From the human T2T-CHM13v2.0 reference genome, Homo sapiens, in assembly GCF_009914755.1 (NCBI RefSeq), contig NC_060935.1: a DNA stretch of 64,000 nucleotides; one strand, given 5' to 3'. The notes beneath the pieces are model-generated. The model ran no database searches and was not told where the DNA came from. It saw nothing but the letters and a program-made list of their open reading frames with translations. The position numbers and the translations under genes are program-made. Every line of letters begins with the position of its first letter. Position 1 is the stretch's first letter. Positions 41,743 through 64,000 of this stretch are shown here, piece by piece.

Positions 41743-44700
41743 TAACCTCAAGTGGTCTGCCCACCTTGGCCTCCCAAAGTGCTGGGATTATAGGTGTGAG
41801 CCACTGCGCCTGGCCTGCAGGGGTAGAATTGAAAAGGCTTCCATTGTAGAATCAGCCACACTGATGTCTTCAGAATATTATCCCATTAGGTCTGTATTTA
41901 TGCATGATGCAGTCATGGCCCAAGCAAGACAAATTTGTGAACCCCTCATTCTAAAGCTGTGTTTTCAGTAAAACGTGTACTATAAAGTTACTAGCATCTT
42001 AATTTCAAATTTTCTTTTCATGTCAATTTCATAAAGCTAATTCTCCCAAATAAAGTTTTTATTTTAAAAAAAAGTTTTATTTTATTTTCATAAAGCTAAT
42101 TCTAACCGGATTATGGCCCGGTATGGTGGCTCTCACCTATAATCCCAGCACTTTGGGAGGTCGAGGCGGATGGATCACGAGGTCAGGAGATCGAGACCAT
42201 CCTGGCCAACCTGGTGAAACCCCATCTCTAAAATGCAAAAAATTAGCCAGGCCCACGTAGTGGTACACGCCTGTAGTCCTAGGTACTCAGGAGGCTGAGG
42301 CAGGGGAATTGCTTGAACTCGAGAGTTGAAGTTGGAGTGAGCCAAGATCGCGTCACTGCACTTCAGCCTGGTGACAGAGCAAGACTCTGTATCAAAAAAA
42401 CAAAACAAAACGTCCAACAGAAAAAAGGAATCACCGATTGCCATTCAAATAAAATACATTAAGAAAAAATATTAGTGGTTCAGGAGAAAAAAATCTTTAT
42501 GTGTCTTACTCTGACATTTAAAATTGTACATTTCATAAACCTGAATATGCTAAAATTGAGGTAAGATCTAGCACAAACTCCAGCAAAGGAAGCATTCAGC
42601 AGAATTTTTTTTCCTAGAGAAGCTATCATATATGTATTCATAGTATTTCAGTAAGATTTCAAGCCACAGTATTTCATCAAGGATTATTAGGTGCTGTGTT
42701 GTGTATACAGTGGCATATGAAGTGCTATGGTGAAAAATACAAGAGAAGACATGGCCACTGTTCTTGAATGGAAAATTTAATTGGGACTAAAAGACATATA
42801 TATGCATCAAACAGTTAAGCAAGTGATCAATATGCAAATGCATGTTAATATGCTAAAAACTGCATTGCTATAGCACCTAAAAGTATAGAAATTATAACTA
42901 GGGTGCAAAATGTACATGGGAAAGGTTTAAGAAAAGCACATTATAAGCAGGTAAGAATCAAAAGGAAGGAAGAATGAGGGGAAGTCTAAGCAGAAGATCT
43001 TAATCAAGCTGGATTCAAAGAGTTGACCAGGGTCAGCTAGGTAGCAATAATAAAGTAAAGTACCAGAATCAGGAAGAGGAAAGACATGAGGTCCTGAACA
43101 GGTATAATACTGTTTACTGGACAGGATCACTGGAAGACTTCAGGTGTATTAATGCATACTGATACTACCAGGAACTTACTAGCTACACACTCTAGTCATT
43201 TTTTTTTTAATTCAGTAATCCTGAATTCTCACAACTATTAGCTGAACCATCTGAAAGTTCAAACATATCCTAGAGATAATACTGAAGAAATGAACAGGGC
43301 CCTATTTTCCATTTTCAATCAATTGGTATACAAGCCTTTACAGACAGATAAATGCAAGTCCTTTAAACAATTCAGAACGTCTTACTAGTCTGTCGACATA
43401 TGGTGTCAGAGAACCACCATGAAAATAAAGAGCTGTAGAATTGGGAAAGCATCCAAATATCCATACTCAACTACTTGTAGCCATCACAATTGATTGTGTC
43501 AAGATACCATCTCCAAGAAATCCAATGGAAACCATTCTTGCTGCAATCCTACACTACATGGTTATTTGCACATGAAGGACAGATAAGACAACAAAGCAGC
43601 TCTCAGCTAAGGCATGACCTGTCGAGCAATATGAAATATGAAATATGAAATGGTGGGAAACAGATAACCCGTGCTTTGTGTGGCAATCAGAAAAGCAATA
43701 GTTCACTTTAAGCAAATGCAATAAATTATCCATGCCGTTAAATGACAGGGCTACAAACGACAGAAAGGGCCAAGCTATCTTTACACGTTCAATGTGAAAG
43801 TGACCAATGGGAACATTATACAAAAGTAAGTTATAGACCTGGAATGAAACTTGGCTATTTTTAATAGGCTTTATGTGTGTTCTATGCTTTCTGAAACAAG
43901 TTCATTCCTATCTAAAAATGCCTTCAGGTAACCTTGGTTTTGTTTACTTTTTATTCATAATGCCAAACAATTTACATGCTAAAACCAACACAAAATAGTC
44001 AACTCTTGATTTAGTAGTATTCTGCCTACCTTCCCTGTGTTGACTTCTGTTTCTGCTTTCCTGACTTTATTGCCTCAAACATAAATAAAACCCCTGAAAC
44101 TATCCCTTGCTACCAATAGCAAGAACCTCTATTTCACTAAAAATATAAGTTGCTGTCCCAAACCTGTTAAAACTTACTGTCACAGTTGGCTGCTATGGGC
44201 ATGAAATGACAGTAAGGAAAAGGGGGAAGAAAATGGTTAAGGGTGCAGACAGGCAGGAGATGAGACAGTTGTTTTCAATAATCCTACAGAAGTATGTAAA
44301 AGTCAGCTGGCTGATAGTCCAAATCAAATCCCATTGTAACAAATACTGTGGAAAATAAAAGTTAAGACTGTTATACCTATTAGGGCTGGTGCAAATGCAC
44401 TGAAAACCTTAGGGAAATTTTTTTTTTTCCTATTATTGAACAGAAAAATACCCTCTCTCCTTAACTATAATCACTCTAAATCTCCCATACAAACTGCATA
44501 AAACTATCCTTTTACTCTGACACTTAAAGGCCAGATAATTTAGAACAGCCCTTTTGTTCCACAAATGAGGAAAATAAGGCCCAACAAGGCTGAGTAGATT
44601 GCCAATGACTTAGGGCTAATGAATGGAAGACCTGGGATTTACCCTGGCCTTTCTGGTTCCTGTTATATCACCTGGCTCAGGAGAGCCTTCCTCACATTGT

Positions 44701-45704
44701 TTCATGGTTAGAAGAGGATTTGACTTGCGTTTGCCATTGAACATCAGCACTGGGCCCAGCCAGAGACAGCTCTAGCTTGTATACTGACAATACAGTGGAA
44801 GGGATGGACGCAAATGTGAATTTTAAAATTTCGTATTTGGGTGGGGGGGTGGGTGACAAGGGAGGCAAGAAAAACAGTTATTTGGCATTTCCAAACCAAT
44901 ATGCCCCGTCCTCCCTCCCTTAATAGAAAATTTGCTACTTTAAATCAACCAAACATATCTATTTTTTCTCTTTTTACACTTCCAATCAATGGCTGGTATA
45001 AGAAAAATAAAAATGTCATTTACAATTGATTATTATTAAAGGGGCAGGAAAAAAACATATGAATTCACACTCCCACACACCTGTTCCCCACTCTTTCCAG
45101 AGACTCACTTCCCAGGTTTTCTTGCTATTTGGTTTTTCTGTCTCCCCACTGTGGCAGTGAAGAAAAGTTGTAGACTGTATTAGCTGTGCTACTGTGCCCT
45201 TCATTAGCATGCACAATCAAGAGCTGACTGGAGGGGTGGGGAACAGGAAGGGGAACAGAAAAAAGGGAGACAGGGAAGGAGAGAGGAAGAGAGAAAAATG
45301 CTCAAATATTTAAGATATAAAATAAAACCATGAGGCAACATAGTGAACACATTTCCCCCTCTGAAGAAAGTTTAGCTGCAAATCCACAGTTTGTAGACGC
45401 TGAGTGAGGAGTCGCAGAGCAGCTCTTCAGTCCTTCTTGACCTGAAAATAAACGAGAACCAAAAACATACCTGGCTGAGTCCTGCAATCAGTGCTCAGCT
45501 AATCACATGGAGTGACTCCTGATCTTTTGAAGAATGATTTGTTTCTCTTAAAATCACCCTGTTATGAAGTACAAGTGGTTTTTTAAAAAATACAACTATT
45601 ATCAAACTACTTTAAAAGGTTTGTAAAATGTTCTAAAACTCTAATTTATGCTGACACTTCAAATTACTTAACATAAAAGAACATTTTAAAAGGCTAGAAT
45701 GGGT

Positions 45705-45876
<172 letters not shown>

Positions 45877-47900
45877 CTAAACAGACTTACAATATTCGTT
45901 GTTGCAAAAATCTTTAAAACTCTGTGATAATCAAGAACTTTAAGATACCACAGGTGGGCGCGGCAGGATAGAAGCCATGCTGCTGAAATTCTCTGCTTCC
46001 CATAGAACACACCTTACCATGAAGTTAGAAGCTTTGAAAACATTCTTTACGGATTCTAGTCAAGCACTTAATTTTAAAATGATATTTAAAGTGATTCATA
46101 TTCATATCCAATAGTGGATATGAATAATCAAATACATATAAAAGTGAAATAAAAATTAGATGGTTATAACAGTAGAAAAATGAGTAAGGACTGTACAGGC
46201 TGACATTCTGATTAGAAAACCAAGAAAAGTTGAAAAGAGAAACTCAGTGCCCTGAAGTGACTCCCCTGATGTTTAAATGCTGTCTCCTGCTCAGCTCACT
46301 GCTGGCCTGAGTCGCCTTCGCGCCTCAGGATACTGTGACATCTCAGGGTCATGCAGCCTCAAAAAGGGGGCATTACTGAAAGCATCGATCCCTTTCTTAA
46401 AATATCCCGCTCCCACTCCATTTAAAAACCAGAGGTATAAACAACAACTCTTTTTTTCTTGTTAAAAAGAAAACTTTAGGTTTCATAATTGACAAAAGTC
46501 AATTAAGTTCAAATTTCTCCCAATAAATTGAAATTAGCATTTTGTTCGTACTATTTCTAAGTATTCATGCTACAACTCTTGCTTGTTAGTAAATGTAAGG
46601 ATATATTAAGATTAAAACCTGTGCACTCAAAACATAGCCAGTTTTGAAAATTCTCCAATCATTAAACATCTACTCTTTCTTTTTTCTCTTTTTTTTTTTT
46701 TTGGAGATAGAGTCTCACTCTGTTGCCCAGGCTGGAGTGCAGTGGTGTGATCTAGGCTCACTGCAACCTCTGCCTCCCAGGTTCAAGTTATTCGCCTGCC
46801 TCAAACTCTTGAGTAGCTGGGATTACGGGCACGCACCACCATGCCTGGCTCATTTTTGTATTTTTAGTAGAGACGGGGTTTCACCATGTTGGTCAGGCTG
46901 GTGTCGAACACCTGACCTCGTGATCCACCCGCCTCGGCCTCCCAAAGTGCTGGAATTACAGGCATGAGCCATCACGCCCGGGCTAAACATCTACTGTTTC
47001 TAAACATTCTTCCTGTTGGTAGACTGAAAGAAGTAAAAGGAAGGGAAAAGAGTATAAAAAAGAGAAACTAAAAAGTGACAAATTACAGGTGCATAAACAT
47101 ATGAACAAAGAGCGCACTATACAAGGAACAGGCAGAGAGCTTAGAAAATTAAAATCCAAGAGCAGTACATCTTCTGGTCACTTCTTTTGCACCCCAAAGA
47201 GAGAGAAGTCCATAAACTAACAATTTAAGAAGTATTTATTGGCTATTTACTACCTTAATTAAGCATTATCAGTTTTCCTTATTTTCTAAAGTCACATTCT
47301 GGTAAATTCTTGCTCAAAAGATGAAGAGCTAGAAGGGATAGTTTTATTTTCAAGTAAATTCACTAAGGTTAATTGAAAACATATACCTTTCACCAAGATT
47401 ATTGTAAAGGTCATTAATAAAGTTTCTGTTCCCAAATATCAGTGTACACAAGAGTGTAAAAGCACACGTAAACGGAACACTCTGGTGGGAAGTAGGCAGG
47501 CCGTCCCCTGCACTGCCACACCGGCCTGAAGTGCTGGCATTGCTAGGAACCCAGGCTGCTCTAACCAGGGCAACAGAATCGTCTGTACTTCCACAGGTTA
47601 TTTTAGGAACTGTATAATTAAATGTTGGACTAAAAAATACTTAAAAAATGATTTCTTCTGCAAGTTTAACCAGCTTTAATTTTAGATGCTTCAATTCTAT
47701 GGGGAAAAATCTTAGGCACTGGGTGCATTTTAACTTAGGAGTCCTCAGTTAATGTCTTGAGTTCCAAAAATATTTGTGTGGTAATCCTGAAGTTTACATT
47801 TATGACTACATAGTTTTACGTGAGCCCTAGGAAACTCCTAGTAAGGTATTTTTATCCACTTAGCACGTCACAATGAAACTGAGAGGCCAGATGTTTTAGG

Positions 47901-48040
47901 ACCTAGCTATTCCAAGTGTAGTCTGGGAGCTTGTTAGAAAGGCACAATCTCAGGCCCCACCCCAAAGCTACTGAATCAGAGCCTGCATTTCAACAAACTC
48001 CCAGGTGACTCTCATGTAAACTAATTATAAGAAGCAATGG
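47901..48040. mobile_element. MER5A-like DNA transposon
   Basis: tgggagcttgttagaaa..aatctcaggccccaccccaa..ctactgaatcaga..ctgcattt.aacaa..tccccaggtga-like motif. Confidence 0.8.
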
Positions 48041-48372
48041 TATAGGAGGACTTTTACAGAAAACTGGAGTGCTTCCTTTTGTTTTTTAATATAGGGTTTC
48101 ACTCTGTGGCCCAGGCTGGAGTGCAGTGGTATGAATACAGCTCATTGCAGCCTCGAGCTCCTGGGCTCCAGTGATCCTCCCACCTTGCCCTCCCAAAGTG
48201 CTGGGATTACAGGCATGAGCCACTGCAGCAGAAAACTGGAGTATTTACTATTGAAGATGCCAGTAACAGGCAGCCTTCTGGAATACGGCACGGGGATTTT
48301 AGAGTACATGAAGTTCTGTCATAAGCCACTAAAACTTTCATTGTAATTTTTTTTTTTTTTTTTTGAGACTGA

Positions 48373-48471
<99 letters not shown>

Positions 48472-48975
48472 TGAGTAGCTGGGAGTACAGGCATGTGCCA
48501 CCACGCCTGGCTAAATTTTGTATTTTTAGTAGAGACGGGGTTTTCCATGTTGGTCAGGCTGGTCTTGAACTCCCGACCTCAGGTGATCCGCCCACCTCAG
48601 CCTCCCAAAGTGCTGGGATTACAGGCGTGAGCCACCGCACCTGGCCCATTGTAATTCTGATGTAACGCTGTTTTATATGCTTCCATATCTTGGTAATAAG
48701 GCATAATCAATATAACTTTCTTGATGACCCCAGGTCAAGATTCTGGGCCTTTGTGGTGACATTCTGAATGCCACTAGACTACTGTGTCAAAGAGTGATTC
48801 ATTCACACATTCACATTTCTTAACTCAAAAAAAAAAAAAACAAAGAAAAACACTGGGGGTGCTACAGGGTGACAAATATTATCAGCATCTTCTAGGAGAA
48901 TGAGCACTGGTCTCATGTTCAATGGGCAAAAAAAAAGAAAAGAAAAGAAAATGGACTTAAAATAATGCAAATTAG

Positions 48976-49394
<419 letters not shown>

Positions 49395-49397
49395 TGA

Positions 49398-49577
<180 letters not shown>

Positions 49578-49663
49578 TAATCAATCAGGGCATCCAATGG
49601 CAGTCATTTGGCAGGGAACTGTTTAAATAATCCCCCAACTCCATTCCAATATTTCACACTTCA

Positions 49664-49759
<96 letters not shown>

Positions 49760-49816
49760 TCACCTGAGGTCAGGAGTTTCAAGACCAGCCTGGTCAACAT
49801 GGTGAAACCTCATCTA

Positions 49817-50143
<327 letters not shown>

Positions 50144-50806
50144 CTAATTACCTGTACTCACCAATTCCTACCTCTCCCAACTACTGATCAGTGACCACCT
50201 ACCTGGGTATCAAGTTCCCCCAGGGTTGCCACTAAAATCAGAACTATATAACCCCAGTCCGGGTGTGATGGAGATGAAAGTGATGGGCCAGAACTAGCTC
50301 TATCTTCTAAATCCCTGCTGTTATGCTTTTCCACCAGGCTAAAAAACCCTTTGCCATAGAGGTTAAGAGACAAAGCAAAGTTGCAAAGCTCTGACCTGTT
50401 TGGTGGCAGATACATTTGTGAAATGATCTAATGGTCTTTTTTGAGGGAGAAATGGTATTTAAGAGAATTAAAGAGAGACCTCAGCTGTTAAAAGATGACA
50501 GATTTCAAGATTAATGTAATAATGTTTTTTATATACAGCATTTGGTACTCAAAACACTTACACATCCACTTTCTTACCTGCATACTGAATATAAACATGT
50601 CTTTAAAACTATTCGCTCTTAAATAATTAGCTGAATCCCAAAGATTAAACATGATGACAAAATTCCCCATCTATACAGAGACAACGTGTAAGAGAAAAGT
50701 CTATAATAAAATCATGAAAAAAAGGGATGTACCCTACTTTAGGTTGGAAATAATCATACACTTTCAAGGTGTTACAGGATGCTTGTCAGATTTTTCTTTT
50801 CGCTAA

Positions 50807-51134
<328 letters not shown>

Positions 51135-51390
51135 TAGAACATGAGGATGCTCCTCCAGCTTTATACGTTAATAGAAATGTTCTGAGGTAAAATAAGAACA
51201 CAGAGTTAGAACTGACAAGATTCCTGGAGTCTTTTCTCTGCTTCTCTTGGCTCACAGACAGAAAACCCTTCCACTGCAAAGAACTTTCCTTTAATGTCAT
51301 TTTAAATTTTGAGCAAAAGTAAAATTAGCCATCTATGTTCTTGAATTCAACATAATCATCTGTTCCATTCAGGATAAAGACTGAAAATTA

Positions 51391-51564
<174 letters not shown>

Positions 51565-52583
51565 TTACTCAAATTGAAAACTACTTAAATCTGCCTTAAA
51601 ATCTTTAGCGGCATTGCCCATTCAAGCTGGTAATAAAGAACTGAAAAATCAATCATTTTAGTAATTAAGAATTTAATAACCTTTGCATAAGACAGAAAAC
51701 CAAATGCAGTAAACTATCTCCATTACTGAGAGTATTATCGTTAGCAGGTAGTAATAGCAGGTTCCCAAGAATGGGGTCTGGGTAGTCGTGAGAATTTGGT
51801 TCAAATGCTTGACTCTCCCCCACCCCCTTCTCTCCAAGGAACACTGAGAAACGGGACGGGAGCATGTTCACTATTTTAACAAGACAATACACAGGGCCAT
51901 TACAGATAGGACTCGGCTGAAAAGGAAAGAGGAACACAAGATAGTTTCTGCAAGAAGCGCCAGAACTCCAGATCTCAAGTATCAAAAGGAATCTCATGAA
52001 GTTCAGCTTCCTGCTTTAGGGCAGGTGAATGATTATTATCCCCACTTTGCAGGCAACTGAGGCCCAGACAAAAAGAAACTTGCCCACAATTCCAGAGCTG
52101 GGCAGTAGAAGTGGGGAAAGAAGTGGAGAGAGAATGACAGACCTATTTCTACTGACCTCTGTTTGAAGCAATTATGAACGAATGGATAAAAATACAGACT
52201 GAAATATATAACTGAAATAACTGGGTTTAACTGTGGAAGAAAAGCAATGTAAAGAAGGAAATGAAGGCCAAGTTTGTAAGAAGTTTCATCAGAGCTGATT
52301 AAGTTTGATGTATATGCCACTGACAGTCCTTCCATGGAATCAGCACATCATTTATGGAGGACAACAGCAATGTAACTTTCAGGCTCTCAAAACCAAAATG
52401 GGGAAGAATGAAACACAGAGTAAAGTTTAACCTTTTCATCCACTCTTTCACAGAACAAATACTTAAATGTAAGTTCCTGCCAAGGGTAGACATATGATTT
52501 TGCAATCAAATTAGTTGCATGTAGGTATGTGAAAAGCTATCAACATTGTTAAATTTTTGGTAACAGCATAATAGCTTTATTGA

Positions 52584-52790
<207 letters not shown>

Positions 52791-52909
52791 TAAAAGTGGG
52801 GTCTCGCCATATTGTCCAGGCTGGTCTTGAACTCCTGAGCTCAAGCCATCCTCCTGCCTCAGCCTCCCAAACTGCTGGGATTACAGGCGTGAGCCACCAC
52901 GCCCAGTCT

Positions 52910-53440
52910 TCTTTTTTTCACGCAGGCATTTACAAGTATAAATTTCCCTCTAAACCACCGCTTTGGCTGCATCCTGTAAGTTTTAGTATGTTTTATCTTT
53001 CTTTTAATTCACTTCAAAATGTTTTCTGATTTCCTTTTTGATTTCTTCTTTGACCCACTGATTATTTAGAAGTGTGTTATTTCATTTCTATGTATTTGTG
53101 AAATTCCCAAATTTCCTTGTTAATTTCTAATTTTCCTCCATTGGGGTCACAGAACATACCTTTTATGATTTCAATCCTTTGAAGTTTATGGAAGCTTGTT
53201 ATACGGTCTAGCATATGTTCTATCCTGGAATGCTGCACTTGCACTTGAGATGAATGCGTATTCTGATGAGGTTCTATAGATGTCTGTTAGGCCTCATTGG
53301 TTTATAGTCTTAAGCTGTTCTATCCATTATTAAAAGTGGCGTATCAAAGTCTCCAAATTATTGCTGAATTGTTGATTTTTCCCTTCAATTTTGTCAGTTT
53401 TTCTTTCCTGTATCTTAAGGCTCTGCTGCTGGGAAAGTCA
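52910..53440 (-). mobile_element. L1M internal fragment
   Basis: tataaatttccctcta..gctttggctgcatcc..atttcttctttgacccactgattatttagaagtgtgtt, typical antisense L1 ORF2 sequence. Confidence 0.8.
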
Positions 53441-53603
53441 CTGATTGTATCTGAGATGGGGCACTGCTCTGTGCTCTCCCATTTCTCATTGCTGGCTCTC
53501 TTTCTGCACCATTCTGGCCCAATAACATTCAATGTAAGGCTATGTCATCTTCACACACTGGGTTTTCCCAACCTAGCCCTCTATATTTATCTATGCTTGG
53601 TAA

Positions 53604-53831
<228 letters not shown>

Positions 53832-55498
53832 TGACCGTATTAGCCAGGATGGTCTCGATCTCCTGACCTCATGATCCACCCACCTCAGCCTCCCAAAGTG
53901 CTGGGATTACAGGCGTGAGCCACCACGCCCGGCCCGTAATGGCCATTTCTAAACTCTTTTTTTTTTTCTTTAAACAAGAGTCTCATTTTTTTTTGCCCAT
54001 GCTGGAGTGCAGTGGTGTGATCTCGGCTCACTGCAACCTCTAACTCCTGGGCTCAAGTGATCTTTCCAACCACAGCCTCTCAAAGTAGTTGGAACCATAG
54101 ACATGCAACACCATGATTGGCTAATTTTTTTGTAGACACGGTAGTTTTTGTAGACACAGGGTTTCACCATGTTGCCCAGGCTGGTCTCAAACTCCTGGAC
54201 TTAAGCAGATCCATTCGCCTTGGACTCCCAAAGTGCCGGGACTACAGGTGTGAGCTACCACGCCCAGACGCATTTTCTAAATTCTTGTGTATCTATAATA
54301 ATTCAACTAATTAAAACTGTTTTGCACTATGATACACAAAAGGAGGCCAACAGTGATTTCCTAAAAAACTTAAGATATGCCTAGTTTGCTGACCAGAATG
54401 AATACACACTGATGTGATCACTATATTTCTCAATTCTTCACGTTCACACTAGCTGCTAAGGAGTGAGGCAGGATGAGGGTACATGCTGCCAGCAGCCTCA
54501 GGAGTGAGTGGTGTCCATGCAGAGGACCACTCATTCAGTCTTGCCTCTTCCTACTCTTGTCCCAAGCAGGAATTCTGTCTGGTTTTCTATAGCAACAGTG
54601 ACCTGATCTGAAATGGAAAGGTTAAGGGTAGCCTGGGCCCAATGAATCGCATAAACCCTAAAAGGTAAGAAGGAAATCTATCAGAACTTGTACAATCTGA
54701 AACTACAGAAAATCCCAGGCTAATCCAAATCCCTGGAAACAGGCCAATGCCAATCTGAATTAAGGATATTCAAAGGTGGCTAGATTCACGTTAGAAAAAG
54801 AAGAAAAGCTGTCCTCTTTAACATGACATACGTTTGGACATATAGCTGCCTAGTTAGGTATACACTTGTCCTCAGTCATTTTACTACTTTTAGAGGAACT
54901 ATGAAATACGCACCAAATCTACAACTTCCTGAACTCTCAAAAAGCAGCCTCTTTCCTATCAAGAGGTATAGAGGAAATAAAGTAACTTATCAGCAGTGTT
55001 TCACTGTCAGGATGAACAACTGTCTACCCTGTATAAATAGAATAAATTGCTATGATTTGTGAGGCTGCCCTAAAGCAGTCAGTTCTATCTATCCTCATTC
55101 TACTTATGTAAATTACAGTTGGCGTCATTATTCATATTATTCCATGAAACATTTGTGGAAATTAGCAAAGAAGTACATACCTATACTTACATCTATTAAA
55201 AAAATACAGGTTAACCTGTAAGAAGTTCAATTAAAATTTTAAAAATTTAGTAAGACATATCAACCATTCAGGTAAATTCTACAAAATATAAAGTAACAGA
55301 CAGAAAAGCATGATTAAAATAATTATATGAAGCATTAAACTTGAGTTTTATATAGTTTGATGAGAATAAAAATTGACACAACTTTGAGAGTAAAAAGACT
55401 ATATTGTTAATTATGAAAATGCAAAAAATTATTTAAGACAAAAGAAAACAGAATACACATTACAAACTGGAAAGAATTACTACCCCATATCACAATCA

Positions 55499-55750
<252 letters not shown>

Positions 55751-55865
55751 TCAATGTTCTCTCCTAACAGAAACAAAATATGAAAAACAAAACAAAATGG
55801 GGAGATAAATACATGAAAGATCATGCTAAACAGACCCTTGAGAAAGATATATAATATTAAAAGGA

Positions 55866-57908
<2,043 letters not shown>

Positions 57909-59422
57909 TACTTTAATAACTGATGTCTCCACTCTTTAAAGACAATCTTGGCTCTCCCCAATCATATGATGCCTGCTCAGGAATACAGTGCCCCCAGACT
58001 GGCCAGAATGTAAACTACAGAAGGCAGGGACTCATTCTGACTTGTTCCTTGCTTGTGTTTAGAACAGTACTGACAAACAGCAGGTGCTCAACAAATATTT
58101 CTCTCAGTAAACAGTAAGAACCATCTTTGCTCCTTGTTATACTGATATCTAGTAGAGCTTTCTCATCTATCTGCTCAAACTACATGTTTTGGTAATGCTC
58201 TGAACTGGGTGAGTAAACTACAAGGAAGTTATTTATCTCTTTGTTCCAAGGCAAGCTTAGGAAAAGGCATCTATACTAAGCTTTGTCCATCACAGTAAGA
58301 GACTCCTAACTGTTGTGCTGGCTACTCATCACCACAAACAAAATTTAGCAGAGGGACAAGAGTAAGGAAAGTAAAGGACTTCATATCTCTTTGTTGTTGT
58401 TAGTTTCAATTCACTGTTCTAGATATTTAAGAAACCAATATTCAGATATCAAAGTAGTGCCCATCTGGAAATGTCTACCTTATCATTCCTTCACAATGGC
58501 AACAAAACTGAGAAGCTACTGTATTCGGTAATGTAAATGTATCTCTTACTATCTGAATTTGGGAACCGATTGATCTGAATAGTGGGGGATGCTTGTAATT
58601 TATAATGACCTTTGGAAATGAGGATATTATACATCACACTCACTACTAATGGAATGAGAAAAAGGATGTCCATGATACCACCTCATTATCGAATTATGCA
58701 TTAGTACAAGTCAGACTAAAAAGGCCCTACGATAAAGGGCAAAAATACAGAACTTCAGAGCCAAAGATGCCTTAAGATCATCAGTGCAACTCCTTCAATT
58801 TGCAAATGAAACTGAGGCCACATGCCTAAAACCACATGATCCACCTGCAGCAGTCTCACGAGTAGAACCCAGCACTGCTGCCCAACAAATTCTCAACTAC
58901 ACCAGACGCAGGTCAATTTCCTTTCCACAAACACATAGAAAAGTACAAATGATAAATTACTTCGAAGTATTCACAAAAATACATGCCTGGACATACCTTT
59001 AATGATACTCAACACAAACACAAAACATGAATTTTTACTTGATCTCAGGTCTCTTTCATGTTACAGGAGTATCTGTGTGAGTTCACTGGAGGGTAAGATG
59101 TGCATGTGAGCAGTATGCTTAGGGGAATGGCAAAAAAAAAAAATCTGATCAATGCTAAAGACAACTTTACAATTGTTTTCTAACATGAATTTTTTTTCTG
59201 GTTCCCTTACTATTTAAATTCGATTATAGTATTTAACTTTTAACGTGCCTTTTGATTTTTCTCATAGGTTTCACTAAACAGTCTTCTATCTATTCTACAT
59301 CAGTTATAAGCTAAGGATTTTTCAATTATTAAATTTTACCAAATTTAACATTAAAACCTCTCATTAATGATCATATATCTTACACTTAGGAGAAAAGGCA
59401 TAGAATTGAACAGCAGTATACT

Positions 59423-64000
<4,578 letters not shown>

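Overview
Primate (human) genomic DNA. The right two-thirds hold KMT5B (SUV420H1, histone H4K20 methyltransferase; chr11q13 from prior knowledge) on the minus strand. All ten coding exons were reconstructed with GT-AG sites (160+148+69+166+110+167+20+137+197+1484 = 2658 nt, 885 aa). A ~2.8 kb 3' UTR ends near 20480, and a short 393-aa isoform reads through the exon-10 donor to an intronic poly(A) signal. The non-coding first exon and promoter lie beyond the right edge; exon numbers assume one such upstream exon. The left ~20 kb is intergenic: a decayed ERV1 provirus end (ERV-V-like env plus MER41-type LTR) next to a MER4 LTR, an MST LTR, MIR/L2/L1 relics and GC-rich unique DNA. About 55 Alus account for most of the short ORFs in the supplied track. 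Best leads: coding exon 4 looks like an exonised antisense CORE-SINE (MIR-type). It sits in an Alu-free island with several candidate stop-containing (poison) exons. An overlapping uORF spans Met1 and Met10, and there are two unexplained ~200 bp local duplications. Repeat subfamily calls come from remembered consensus sequences and their boundaries are approximate.
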